This document shows, piece by piece, positions 9,893 through 19,454 of a stretch of DNA of 19,454 bases. Numbering within the stretch: the stretch's first letter is position 1; every line of letters begins with the position of its first letter. A model generated the notes under the pieces. The model did no database searches. It was not told the origin of the DNA and worked only from the letters and a program-made list of their open reading frames with translations. A program made the translations under genes and the position numbers. The stretch comes from a virus (lineage: Duplodnaviria; Heunggongvirae; Uroviricota; Caudoviricetes): the IMG/VR virus record IMGVR_UViG_2563366840_000007, positions 1 to 19,454 of that record; one strand, given 5' to 3'.

Positions 9893-10660
9893 ATGCATCG
9901 TATAGACACGAAAACCGCGCAGAAGGATAAGTTCGGCGCGGGTAAAAACGGTTTTACCCGTGGTAACCCCCAGACTGGCACGCCTGCCACCGATCTGGAT
10001 GATGACTACTTTGACATGTTGCAGGAGGAGCTTTGCAGCGTTGTAGAGGCATCCGGTGCCAGTCTCGAGAAGGCGCGGCACGACCAGCTGCTTACCGCGC
10101 TTCGTGCGCTGCTGTTAAGCCGCAAGAATCCGTTTGGTGATATCAAATCGGACGGCACAGTACCAACGGCTCTCGAAAACCTTGGTTTGGGAGAAGGTTC
10201 GGCATTACCCGTTGGCGTGCCTGTTCCGTGGCCTTCAGCCACTCCGCCAACAGGCTGGCTGAAATGCAATGGTGCACCTTTTTCTGCCGAAGAGTATCCG
10301 GAACTGGCAAAAGTTTATCCGACAAATAAATTGCCAGATTTACGTGGTGAGTTTATTCGTGGCTGGGATGACGGGCGTGGGGTCGATTCAGGGCGAGCGC
10401 TGCTGTCCGCACAAGGTGATGCTATAAGGGACATATCAGGGAAGCTCTTGGGACTTATGACCACTGCGGGAAGCCAGAGGACAGCAGACGAGTGGGTAAC
10501 AGGGCCATTTAATGCTGTATACGAAGGCGGCGCTGGTCAAACAACCTCATCGCCCGGTAATAGGTATGACGTAGGTTTTTCCGCCGCCAGAGTTGTACCA
10601 ACTGCGGAAGAAAACCGACCACGTAACATTGCATTTAACTACATTGTAAGGGCATCATGA
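9893..10660 (+). CDS. Tail fibre protein: constant N-terminal ~97 aa fused to the currently expressed variable C-terminus (158 aa)
   Basis: 255-aa ORF with GGAG RBS; C-terminal region resembles tail-collar/fibre tips; contains the left inversion crossover site at codons ~94-101 (ALENLGLGE). Confidence 0.85.
   Translation: MHRIDTKTAQKDKFGAGKNGFTRGNPQTGTPATDLDDDYFDMLQEELCSVVEASGASLEKARHDQLLTALRALLLSRKNPFGDIKSDGTVPTALENLGLGEGSALPVGVPVPWPSATPPTGWLKCNGAPFSAEEYPELAKVYPTNKLPDLRGEFIRGWDDGRGVDSGRALLSAQGDAIRDISGKLLGLMTTAGSQRTADEWVTGPFNAVYEGGAGQTTSSPGNRYDVGFSAARVVPTAEENRPRNIAFNYIVRAS
10170..10195. other. Invertase crossover site, left (gix/pix/hix-like)
   Basis: CTCTCGAAAACCTTGGTTTGGGAGAA: imperfect palindrome around a central TT; 14 bp from the centre outward are identical to the reverse complement of the right site. 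Confidence 0.7.
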
Positions 10661-11268
10661 TGACCACAAAAAAAATCACTTTGGATGAAAACGGATTTGC
10701 CACGGAAGCTGGCTTTATTACCGTTTACAACTACAACGGAGAAACGCGGGAATATATTTCTACATCAACTGAATATCTCGCTGTCGGCGTCGGTATTCCG
10801 GCGTATTCCTGTTTAGATGCTCCTGGTACATATAAGGCTGGTTATACTATCTGCCGTTCAGCAGATTTAAAATCATGGGAATATATGCCAGACCATCGCG
10901 GTGAAATCGTTTTTAGCACCGAAACAGGGGAATCAAAAGAAATCACAGCTCCGGGTGATTACCCTGATAATACAACCACTATCGCCCCGTTAACCCCATA
11001 CGATAAATGGGATGGTGAGAAATGGGTGACGGATACCGAGGCACAGCACGGCGCAGCAGTAGATGCAGCAGAAGCACAGCGCCAGTCGCTGATTGATACT
11101 GCAATGGCCTCCATCAGTCTGATTCAGCTGAAATTGCAGGCCGGACGTAAACTGACGCAGGCAGAAACAACCCGCCTTAACGCTGTGCTGGATTACATTG
11201 ACGCGGTGACGGCAACAGATACCAGCACCGCGCCGGATGTCATCTGGCCTGAACTGCCGGAGGCGTAG
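10657..11268 (+). CDS. Tail fibre assembly protein (expressed orientation)
   Basis: 203-aa ORF, ATGA-coupled to the fibre gene; C-terminus (...[26 protein letters not shown]) is the conserved assembly-protein tail, also mirrored in the alternate cassette. Confidence 0.85.
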   Translation: MMTTKKITLDENGFATEAGFITVYNYNGETREYISTSTEYLAVGVGIPAYSCLDAPGTYKAGYTICRSADLKSWEYMPDHRGEIVFSTETGESKEITAPGDYPDNTTTIAPLTPYDKWDGEKWVTDTEAQHGAAVDAAEAQRQSLIDTAMASISLIQLKLQAGRKLTQAETTRLNAVLDYIDAVTATDTSTAPDVIWPELPEA

Positions 11269-11680
11269 GCCATTCAATATCTGGCGCACCGGAAGTATCA
11301 ACCAGCTCCAGTGCATCCAGATAATCCAGCCACAAATTATATTGCGCCAGTTCCTCACCATTCAGACGACCAATAGCGGCTTTACCGGGCCATTGCTTAC
11401 TGTTCATGTATTCGTTGGCCTGATTAATCAGTTGCTGCTTTTCCAGTTCGGCTGCAGCAATCTGTTCCTCATGTGTTGGTGGTGGAATTTCAGACCATGC
11501 AGGAAAACCATTTTCTCCAGCGATACGGATTTTTCCTTTCGGCGGTAATCCGGAAAACTCAATATACACTTGCTCATCAACTTCAACAGCATCATCTGGC
11601 CATGAGTCAGCTTGAGTGTAATCCTCTTTCATCTCCAGCGGATAGAAAGAGTTTGTAGTCGCGGAATATATGTAATTCAT
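11240..11680 (-). CDS. Tail fibre assembly protein, alternate cassette (silent in this orientation)
   Basis: 146-aa ORF on - strand with GGAG RBS; C-terminus (...[24 protein letters not shown]) is parallel to the + strand assembly protein; convergent overlap with it at 11240-11268. Confidence 0.8.
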   Translation of the reverse strand: MNYIYSATTNSFYPLEMKEDYTQADSWPDDAVEVDEQVYIEFSGLPPKGKIRIAGENGFPAWSEIPPPTHEEQIAAAELEKQQLINQANEYMNSKQWPGKAAIGRLNGEELAQYNLWLDYLDALELVDTSGAPDIEWPTPPAVQAR

Positions 11681-11701
11681 TTTTCACTCCATATAGCTAA
11701 A

Positions 11702-12054
11702 TTAACAGCCTAACGCTAAAAATGAAGCGCCGAGGCCAGGAGTACTGGCTCTGGATATAAATTTAACCGGGTCGGGACTAAAACCTGCACAGGCAATATA
11801 ACCAACATCCCCGCTACCTGGTGTATAGTCTTGTGAGACCAAAACACGCAGACATCTGTTTGGAAATGCAATCGGGAAATGGGTTACTACATCCTGTGCA
11901 ATGCCTGGAGCGCCGATTGAGCCCCACTGAAGAATAAAACCTGATGGTAATTTTTGATATCCAGTATCTGAAACAGAAAGCGTGAAGCTACCCATATCAG
12001 GTATCTGATTCGCCCCTGTCCCTACATTCCTTTTAGCCGCTTCTCCCAAACCAA
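11702..12054 (-). CDS. Alternate tail-fibre variable C-terminal segment (promoterless; fused to the constant region after inversion)
   Basis: - strand frame reads [10 protein letters not shown]... beginning exactly at the right crossover site, in the register that joins ...ENL of the constant region; the track ORF's extra N-terminal codons run into the invertase promoter region and are not a real start. Confidence 0.75.
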
Positions 12055-12066
12055 CGTTTATAAAAA
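12041..12066. other. Invertase crossover site, right
   Basis: TTCTCCCAAACCAACGTTTATAAAAA; its reverse complement TTTTTATAAACGTTGGTTTGGGAGAA shares TTGGTTTGGGAGAA with the left site; lies 55 bp upstream of the invertase ATG. Confidence 0.7.
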
Positions 12067-12120
12067 TGCATAAATAACGAGCAAATGGCATCATTCCTGC
12101 TTTTGTCAGGGAGATCTACC

Positions 12121-12675
12121 ATGCTTATTGGCTATGTACGCGTATCAACAAATGATCAGAACACAGATCTACAACGTAATGCGCTGAACTGTGCAGGATG
12201 CGAGCTGATTTTTGAAGACAAGATAAGCGGCACAAAGTCCGAAAGGCCGGGACTGAAAAAACTGCTCAGGACATTATCGGCAGGTGACACTCTGGTTGTC
12301 TGGAAGCTGGATCGGCTGGGGCGTAGTATGCGGCATCTTGTCGTGCTGGTGGAGGAGTTGCGCGAACGAGGCATCAACTTTCGTAGTCTGACGGATTCAA
12401 TTGATACCAGCACACCAATGGGACGCTTTTTCTTTCATGTGATGGGTGCCCTGGCTGAAATGGAGCGTGAACTGATTGTTGAACGAACAAAAGCTGGACT
12501 GGAAGCTGCTCGCGCACAGGGACGAATTGGTGGACGTCGTCCCAAACTTACACCAGAACAATGGGCGCAGGCCGGGCGATTAATTGCATCAGGCGTTCCT
12601 CGCCAAAAGGTGGCGATCATCTATGATGTTGGTATATCGACACTGTATAAGAAGTTTCCGGTCGGAGATAAATGA
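12121..12675 (+). CDS. pin: Serine DNA invertase (Pin/Gin/Hin/Cin family)
   Basis: Begins MLIGYVRVSTNDQ (catalytic Ser motif of the resolvase/invertase family); 184 aa; GGGAGA RBS; C-terminal HTH region; sits directly beside the invertible fibre segment. The track's upstream ATG at 12085 lacks an RBS and overlaps the crossover region. Confidence 0.9.
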   Translation: MLIGYVRVSTNDQNTDLQRNALNCAGCELIFEDKISGTKSERPGLKKLLRTLSAGDTLVVWKLDRLGRSMRHLVVLVEELRERGINFRSLTDSIDTSTPMGRFFFHVMGALAEMERELIVERTKAGLEAARAQGRIGGRRPKLTPEQWAQAGRLIASGVPRQKVAIIYDVGISTLYKKFPVGDK

Positions 12676-12722
12676 AACCGTAGCACGTCGTATGCAAGAA
12701 GATCGTGCTGCGGTTTATGCTT
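12676..12722. terminator. Bidirectional hairpin between convergent invertase and GIY-YIG genes
   Basis: AACCGTAGCACG ... CGTGCTGCGGTT forms a 12-bp stem (one G:U) with a 16-nt loop, flanked by T-rich sequence on both strands. Confidence 0.4.
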
Positions 12723-12735
12723 ATCACTTAAAGAC

Positions 12736-13605
<870 letters not shown>

Positions 13606-13683
13606 CTAAGCCTTTGAATTTACAAGTACAAAAAGATACTTTTCCTCATAATGTGAATTAATTTTATGTTTCGTTTGATGATT

Positions 13684-13749
13684 GGACCGGTCTCGAAAAC
13701 CGGAGTAGGGGCAACTCTACCGGGGGGGCAAATCCCCCTCTCTCCGCCA
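13684..13749 (+). other. Class II tRNA 3' fragment (tRNA-Ser, anticodon CGA), degenerate; probable relic att site
   Basis: CCGGT-CTCGAAA-ACCGG anticodon stem-loop with CGA anticodon, long variable arm, G-run/CAAAT/CCCCC T-arm lacking the canonical TTC, acceptor 3' strand ending GCCA; no 5' half (D-arm, acceptor 5' strand) is present upstream. Confidence 0.6.
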
Positions 13750-14332
13750 CTTTATCAATGACTTATCTCCCGACTTCCCGCCTTGCTTTTCCTAAACAGA
13801 ACAATCGTAGAATATTCTTGAAGGGTTAGATCGTCACTGTTTTCTGTTCGATACTGTGACATTCAGCACTTGATTCGCTATGGATCTGACAGGAAGGTTT
13901 CGAGCGAAAATCTGCAGTTATTCAGTCGTTTTCTTATCGGTCACCATTATTCTTTTAGACATTGATCCTACAAAGCTGCCGCAAAGTTGGTGGTGGGAAC
14001 TGAAGTTGCGTAGAGAAGGGGTCAATACCCGGAGGCAAACATGGGCTGGCAAAAGTGTAGCGGTATTAGGCGCAGCTATTTAGCCTAGTTATGTTTTATG
14101 AAAACTTGATATCATATAAGTGTCTTACTTATTGGCTGTAAATAAGGTTTTCTAAGGAATTGTTTCTTTAGTATCATTTGTAACTGTAACGGAATTTATA
14201 ATCCTTTACTTTATTTTTACGGTATTTTTTATCACACCCTATTTTTTATGTGGTTTTTTATACTGAAGTTTGGCAAAGTGAACTTTATATGCATATACTT
14301 CATCCTGGTTTCAGTTAAATTGGGTGGATGAT

Positions 14333-15076
14333 ATGGCAACTACATGTTCAGTTATATTGATTTTGGAGTCCTTTGATGTTTATTTCGGAAAAGAGAGTGT
14401 GTTTCTGGATAGAGGTTTATCTGTACTTGTCGACTCTAGCTATAGAGATTTTTTCCTGACATATCCTGAAAGAGTGATAGTGGCGGATTTTGGCGCTGAG
14501 TTTATTAGTCGCTATTTGAAAGCTAATAACTTAAGGGATATTTCTGATTGTAGGGAATATCCATCTTATTTAAAAATAAACTTTGCTGACTTCAGTTTAA
14601 TTAAAGGATTAATTAGTTGGGCTAATCACTGTGCTGAATATATAGAAATTTTTGATGAGTCTATTGCTTTTACATGTCTCTCTGCATTTTCTTCTGAAAA
14701 ACAATTTGGAGTATTTCTGTTTGGATGTTTGAAAAGCACAGGGGCTAAAGTTAAAACGATTATTCATACGGATTTATCTGCACCATGGCATCTTAAGGAT
14801 ATATCATCAAGATTATATCTCAGCGAAAGTTTACTAAAGAGGAAATTGAAAGAAGAGGGGGTATCATTCAGTAAGATCCTACTTGATGAGAGGATGCAAA
14901 TGGCTGAATATTTACTCAGCACTCGTTGTTATCCTATTAGTAAAGTAGCTAAGGTCTGTGGTTATGCCAGTGTCTCATACTTTACTTATGTATTTAGACG
15001 TTATTTTGGTGTTTCTCCAAGTCAATACTCTCAGAGGAGTTCAGAAAGTAAAATTCTTACTCACCAGGGAATCTAA
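14333..15076 (+). CDS. AraC/XylS-family transcriptional regulator (AppY/Rns-like class)
   Basis: 247 aa from ATG 14333 (GGTGG RBS); C-terminal dual helix-turn-helix region (...KVAKVCGYASVSYFTYVFRRYFGVSPSQY); gene and upstream 250 bp are visibly AT-rich with repeated T-tracts. Confidence 0.8.
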   Translation: MATTCSVILILESFDVYFGKESVFLDRGLSVLVDSSYRDFFLTYPERVIVADFGAEFISRYLKANNLRDISDCREYPSYLKINFADFSLIKGLISWANHCAEYIEIFDESIAFTCLSAFSSEKQFGVFLFGCLKSTGAKVKTIIHTDLSAPWHLKDISSRLYLSESLLKRKLKEEGVSFSKILLDERMQMAEYLLSTRCYPISKVAKVCGYASVSYFTYVFRRYFGVSPSQYSQRSSESKILTHQGI

Positions 15077-15082
15077 TCATTG

Positions 15083-15345
15083 TTCTTGCCCCCTTATTTC
15101 CAGACAGGGGGTGTATCTTAAGTTAACGTTACCCGCTGACGTCGATATTCTCGCGGAGAGCGATAACCCAACGTACTGTGCGGATGGTTTTCATTGTAAT
15201 GTTCGATCGCCACTGCAAGATTATGCAATGCCGTTCTTATATTCGGTTTCGGCATGAACGCGATGTAGTCTTCCTTCATCGTTTTCACGAACCTTTCTGC
15301 CATTCCATTACTCTGAGGACTGCTGATTACCCATGAGGAGTACAA
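15083..15345 (-). mobile_element. Truncated IS2-like (IS3 family) element: terminal inverted repeat plus 3' end of the transposase gene
   Basis: - strand reads ...CCCCCTGTCTGGAAATAAGGGGGCAAG, resembling the IS2 terminal repeat; adjacent ORF encodes ...[16 protein letters not shown]...[19 protein letters not shown], the C-terminal integrase-core tail of IS2 OrfB; the upstream two-thirds of the element is absent. Confidence 0.6.
15118..15345 (-). pseudogene. IS3-family transposase OrfB C-terminal fragment
   Basis: Only about 64 C-terminal residues of an rve-domain transposase; the first ~10 codons of the track ORF do not match the family. Confidence 0.6.
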
Positions 15346-15565
15346 TTAAACGGGTTAATCAGTTTCTCCATTTGAAAGAAAAAAGACTTCTGTACTGTTT
15401 GATATCACCGCTATTTTCTTATTTTCTGTGCAGGTCGTAGTGGGACAAAACTGAGACACATAAGGCCTCACAATGGCTTGCAAGGCTTTACATGTTTTGA
15501 TGTGGTGGGACGTGTGAGCGCAGTGTTGATGGGGTAATACTTTGAATTAGAAGCGGATTCTTATG

Positions 15566-15611
15566 ATTCGTAATGCGAAGGTCGTAGGTTCGACTCCTAT
15601 TATCGGCACCA
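15566..15611 (+). other. tRNA-Thr 3' fragment (thrW-like 46-nt att core); probable prophage attR
   Basis: ATTCGTAATGCGAAGGTCGTAGGTTCGACTCCTATTATCGGCACCA contains half an anticodon stem-loop, a canonical GGTTCGACTCC T-arm and an acceptor strand ending CCA; no 5' half upstream; P22/SfV-type phages use a 46-bp core identical to the thrW 3' end. Confidence 0.7.
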
Positions 15612-15890
15612 TTAAAATCAAATTGTTACGTAAGATCTTATCATTCTCCCACCAAAAAATTATCTTAATGTAACAGCTGGTGTAAGTAAATTCTATCAAC
15701 GAAGATCAATCTTATCTACTGACCAAAAAGGCCTGATAGGGCTTCGCTCACTATACATCCTTGGCTGCAGGTTTAGTTGTACACCACTCCTAAATTTAAT
15801 GTGTTGGCAATGTGTTCAATAAAGCTCGAACAAATTAGCTCATTATGATCGGTTAATACTTCAACTTCTGGTTGCATGATTGTTTGTCCG

Positions 15891-15927
15891 TAAAAAGATA
15901 ACGCGCCTGCCGGGTAGTAGCAGGCGC
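15891..15927 (-). terminator. Rho-independent terminator downstream of the toxin gene
   Basis: GCGCCTGC-CGGGTAGTA-GCAGGCGC perfect 8-bp stem followed on the - strand by a TTATCTTTTTAC run. Confidence 0.45.
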
Positions 15928-15992
15928 ATTACGCAATAGGTAAACAAGGGAGGAAGTTCAGAAATGTAAATCGGGAAGGTTGTACGCAATGT

Positions 15993-16672
<680 letters not shown>

Positions 16673-16690
16673 TACAGTTCTCCACTATTG

Positions 16691-16912
16691 TCAGTTCAGG
16701 GTGATGCTCATCAGGCAGGTATAGGGCCCATTGCGGTCCTGGCGGCGTTCGGCGTATACCGCGAGGACTCCGGCGATATCCGGAACGTCCCTGTCGGTGT
16801 AATGACAGACGCTACCGTGCCACTGGTATTTGCCGGTGCAGTAGCGAAAGATTCGGGACTCAGGATGCTGGCGGTATATCGTCATTGCCCTGCGTTTACT
16901 GATAATTTTCAT
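16691..16912 (-). CDS. ykfH: DUF987-family protein (YkfH/YeeT/YfjY type)
   Basis: 73 aa from ATG 16912 (GAGG RBS); the track's upstream start would overlap the RadC-like gene. Confidence 0.65.
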   Translation of the reverse strand: MKIISKRRAMTIYRQHPESRIFRYCTGKYQWHGSVCHYTDRDVPDIAGVLAVYAERRQDRNGPYTCLMSITLN

Positions 16913-16920
16913 GTAATACC

Positions 16921-17397
16921 TCAAAGCAGACCGTGTTCTGCGAACGAATAGATTTGCCTGCCACCGACAATCAGATGGTCAGGGACACGGATATCCACCA
17001 GCTGAAGCACCTGAACCAGTCGCTGCGTGAGGGTTTTGTCGGCCTGGCTAGGTGTCGTCTCGCCGGAAGGATGGTTATGCGCGAGTATCACCGCCGCCGC
17101 GTTGAAGTGCAGAGCACGTTTGACCACCTCCCGGGGATGCACCTCGGTGCGGTTAATCGTGCCGGTGAAGAGCGTTTCATGGGCAATCAACTGATTCTGG
17201 TTGTCCAGATACAACACCCGGAACTCTTCCCGTTCAAGCGCGGCCATATGCAGTCGCAGCCATTCACGTACGGCGTGGGTAGAGGTGAAGGCTACGCCGG
17301 GCTCATGCAGGTGGCGGTCCAGAGCCCTGAGCGCCCGCTGAATGAGACGCCGGTCCTGTGGCGTCATCTCGCCGGGTAAAAAGGAAAGCTGTTTCAT
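16921..17397 (-). CDS. ykfG: RadC-like JAB-domain protein
   Basis: 158 aa; contains the HNHPSG...S..D metalloprotease motif typical of RadC/JAB proteins. Confidence 0.8.
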   Translation of the reverse strand: MKQLSFLPGEMTPQDRRLIQRALRALDRHLHEPGVAFTSTHAVREWLRLHMAALEREEFRVLYLDNQNQLIAHETLFTGTINRTEVHPREVVKRALHFNAAAVILAHNHPSGETTPSQADKTLTQRLVQVLQLVDIRVPDHLIVGGRQIYSFAEHGLL

Positions 17398-17412
17398 CTG
17401 TTGCTCCTTCGG

Positions 17413-17871
17413 TCAGTCGATAATACGCAGAATGGCGTGAGCCTCTGGATGTTGCATGGCATACTCCCGCAGGCGGTAATAGTGTGCGGTCATCGCGTCA
17501 CATTCTGTACGGCAGGCATGGTGGCTATACGCAATCAGGCAGACAGCAATACCTGCTGCTTCTGCACTCATTTGGGCATCGTTACCGTTCAGGCAGTTAA
17601 ACAGACGCCATGTCTCATCGTTGTCAGGCTCGGGGGACATAAATGCGCCGCCATTGCTGAGGGTGTAGAACGACCAGATACCACCGCTGTAGCCCTCACA
17701 GAAGCGGTCCATCCAGGCGAAGATATGCGGCTCCAGGAGTAGCCACTGCGGGATAGCGCCAAAGTACTGTGGCCAGAAATCGATACGCTGTTCATCGGGG
17801 ACCGGCGTGACGGTCAGTTCAAATTCGGGTTGGTTAGCGGGTGCGAGGTCGTGCTGCGTCTGTGTTGTCAT
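17413..17871 (-). CDS. yafX: Putative antirestriction protein (YafX/YfjX family)
   Basis: 152 aa from ATG 17871 with GGAGA RBS 9 nt upstream; the track's longer N-terminal extension lacks an RBS. Confidence 0.7.
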   Translation of the reverse strand: MTTQTQHDLAPANQPEFELTVTPVPDEQRIDFWPQYFGAIPQWLLLEPHIFAWMDRFCEGYSGGIWSFYTLSNGGAFMSPEPDNDETWRLFNCLNGNDAQMSAEAAGIAVCLIAYSHHACRTECDAMTAHYYRLREYAMQHPEAHAILRIID

Positions 17872-17968
17872 GGGTATGTCTCCGTCAATAAAAACGCCAG
17901 CGGCGATGGCTGGCGTATGGGGATATAAAGTGTGTTCGGGGAGGTGAATGCGGGTAAATGCTTCGCGA

Positions 17969-18208
17969 TCAGCGGGTGGCCGTGTCTGTACGGATGCCTG
18001 AGGTGCGGATATAGCGGTTAAGACCTTCACCGGCATCCGGCTCAAAGTTCCATGCCCGCCAGACCATCCGGCCTTCAGTATCACGAACCACCAGACGGAA
18101 GTGACTGCCCTGGTCGTCTTCGAGTGTGATATTGCTGTACGTGGTAGTGACCGCTTGCGCTTGTCTCCGGGTGAAAGGCCCCGGTGGCAGCAACACGGAT
18201 TGGGTCAT
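17969..18208 (-). CDS. ykfF: DUF905-family small protein
   Basis: 79 aa from ATG 18208 with GGAG RBS; the 150-aa track ORF is an artificial N-terminal extension across the intergenic region. Confidence 0.6.
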   Translation of the reverse strand: MTQSVLLPPGPFTRRQAQAVTTTYSNITLEDDQGSHFRLVVRDTEGRMVWRAWNFEPDAGEGLNRYIRTSGIRTDTATR

Positions 18209-18284
18209 TTTCGGGCTCCTGATAAAAGAAAACCCCGGCAGCCTGCTAGCTGTCGGGGTGGATTTGCTGGGGAAGATACTACTA

Positions 18285-18752
18285 TCAGTCGTTGCTGCAG
18301 TCTCCGAGAGTGGACAGAACTTTCTCAGTGTTCTTCCGGTCCGCAGTGAAGGTCCCTGCTTTGTGGTCATTGACGTAGACGTCGAACTGCCCGGCCTCAG
18401 AGATATTGCTGATGAAGTCAAACCAGGCGTTATCGCCGTTACGCCAGCCCAGGCTGGACGGAATAATGTACTGCTGGTGATCCATCACTACGGTGATAGT
18501 AGTGTCGTCATCGTGCGAACTGACCATCTTGTCATCGGCAAGGGTAAGAAAGACTGAATGCTGATAGAAACCATTCTGGTCCGGGTTCCCTGTGCAGTTG
18601 ATGGTAAACGTCTTTCCGCTGGCTTCGGTCACGCTGTATTCCGTATTGCCCTGACCGTAACCCTGCTGCCAGAACCCCGGGATAGCAGAGGCATTAAAGC
18701 TCGCGAGCAGTACACCCGCCAGCATAAACCGACTTAGTGAAAGTATTGTCAT
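18285..18752 (-). CDS. ykfB: Secreted protein of unknown function (signal peptide)
   Basis: 155 aa; N-terminal hydrophobic stretch ending ...FNASA|IPG consistent with a signal peptidase I site. Confidence 0.55.
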   Translation of the reverse strand: MTILSLSRFMLAGVLLASFNASAIPGFWQQGYGQGNTEYSVTEASGKTFTINCTGNPDQNGFYQHSVFLTLADDKMVSSHDDDTTITVVMDHQQYIIPSSLGWRNGDNAWFDFISNISEAGQFDVYVNDHKAGTFTADRKNTEKVLSTLGDCSND

Positions 18753-18774
18753 TCTTGTCTCCTTTGTCGTTGTT

Positions 18775-19218
18775 TTATTCCTGATTGTCAGGGTTCGAGG
18801 GTATCAGTAGCTGCCCCATCAGTTTGCCGTCATGGGCGTACTCAAAGTATTTTTCTTTGGTATACGGGTCCGTCACCTCCTGGTATTCCAGTTTGATGTT
18901 ATCGGCAATACACAGCGCATTCATCAGCGGCTGGATGGTTTTTTCCTGCATATCCACGAGGTAGTAGTAACTACCGCCCTCGCAGCCATCGGGCGACTCA
19001 CGGGTACGTAAGACCTGCAGGGTGAGACCTGATGAAAAGCCAACCTGTGACCATTCTTCGCTGACATCATCCTGCCGACTGACCACATCGCTGAAGCGCG
19101 GAGGCGTGAGGTCCTTAAATTTACTGATAGCTTTCAGGTCATCACTCCTGTCATCGCAGGCGCTCAGAAACAGAGTGGTGGCAACCATCGCCAGCAGAGG
19201 TAGTGTTTTACATTTCAT
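18775..19218 (-). CDS. yafY: Lipoprotein of unknown function
   Basis: 147 aa; signal peptide with lipobox LSAC (MKCKTLPLLAMVATTLFLSAC); start codon overlaps the upstream gene's stop (TAATG). Confidence 0.6.
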   Translation of the reverse strand: MKCKTLPLLAMVATTLFLSACDDRSDDLKAISKFKDLTPPRFSDVVSRQDDVSEEWSQVGFSSGLTLQVLRTRESPDGCEGGSYYYLVDMQEKTIQPLMNALCIADNIKLEYQEVTDPYTKEKYFEYAHDGKLMGQLLIPSNPDNQE

Positions 19219-19454
19219 TATTTTTTCCCTGAAATCAGACGTACCACTTTGGCAAAGACATAAATGCCGACGAAAATACCCACCGGCACGCCGACGAACG
19301 GTGTCAGCGCGACACTGGCAGCACCGGCTGCGCCACCTCCCGTCAGCAGTGCGGCAACAGTGGCAAGGGTCAGGGCCGCGAGACTGTCGGACACCCCGGT
19401 TTTGTTCAGAATGATGACGATGACAACAATGGCGATAATGGCAATAACGGGCAT
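19218..19454 (-). CDS. Small hydrophobic membrane protein, possibly 5'-partial at window end
   Basis: 78 codons, strongly hydrophobic with Gly/Ala-rich predicted transmembrane segments; ORF reaches the window edge. Confidence 0.4.
   Translation of the reverse strand: MPVIAIIAIVVIVIILNKTGVSDSLAALTLATVAALLTGGGAAGAASVALTPFVGVPVGIFVGIYVFAKVVRLISGKK

Larger units (their letters stand above)
10183..12053. other. Invertible tail-fibre segment (G/P-segment-like, ~1.87 kb)
   Basis: Bounded by inverted crossover sites; contains two convergent fibre-tip plus fibre-assembly cassettes; serine invertase gene immediately outside the right site. Confidence 0.7.

Noticed and set aside
12085-12120. Upstream ATG ([12 protein letters not shown]...) proposed by the track as the invertase start
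   Set aside because: No RBS, overlaps the crossover-site region, and invertases of this family begin MLIGYVRVS; ATG 12121 has a GGGAGA RBS.
13880-14083. 67-aa + strand ORF in the AT-rich region upstream of the AraC-family gene
   Set aside because: No RBS, low-complexity content, and long spurious ORFs are expected in AT-rich DNA; not excluded as a small membrane protein.
14958-15257. 99-aa + strand ORF bridging the regulator 3' end and the IS remnant
   Set aside because: Overlaps the regulator gene out of frame and runs antisense through the transposase fragment.
15620-15685. Imperfect inverted repeat (TGTTACGTAAGAT / ATCTTAATGTAACAG) just downstream of the thrW core
   Set aside because: Could be an integrase arm-type or regulatory site, but the match is imperfect and I cannot tell it from chance in AT-rich sequence.
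17969-18421. 150-aa - strand track ORF
   Set aside because: Only the last 79 codons (from ATG 18208 with GGAG RBS) form a plausible gene; the upstream part is low-complexity read-through overlapping the neighbouring gene region.

Overview
This window is the right-hand (tail) end of a prophage with a Mu-type contractile-tail module, followed by a mosaic junction and a CP4-6-like cryptic element. Positions 1-11268 encode a collinear, mostly translationally coupled tail operon on the + strand: gp37-like protein (5'-partial), a small frameshifted ORF, sheath, tube, chaperone, tape measure, Mu N/P-like proteins, baseplate spike, gp46, J-like wedge, gp48-like, tail fibre and tail-fibre assembly. 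Positions ~10183-12053 form a Gin/Pin-type invertible tail-fibre segment, with a matching pair of crossover sites and a serine invertase gene (12121-12675). A GIY-YIG-domain nuclease gene of unknown function sits directly after the invertase on the opposite strand; it is the most interesting candidate for an uncharacterised accessory or defence function. Beyond it lie a degenerate tRNA-Ser 3' fragment, an AT-rich islet with an AraC/XylS-family regulator, a truncated IS2-like remnant, and a 46-nt tRNA-Thr 3' fragment that looks like the prophage att core. From 15993 to the window end, the - strand carries a CbtA/CbeA-type toxin-antitoxin pair, a DUF987 protein, a RadC-like protein, an antirestriction-like protein and small secreted/lipoproteins. 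All calls rest on reading the sequence and on recalled family signatures; no database search was run, and gene symbols for the last cluster are synteny-based guesses.
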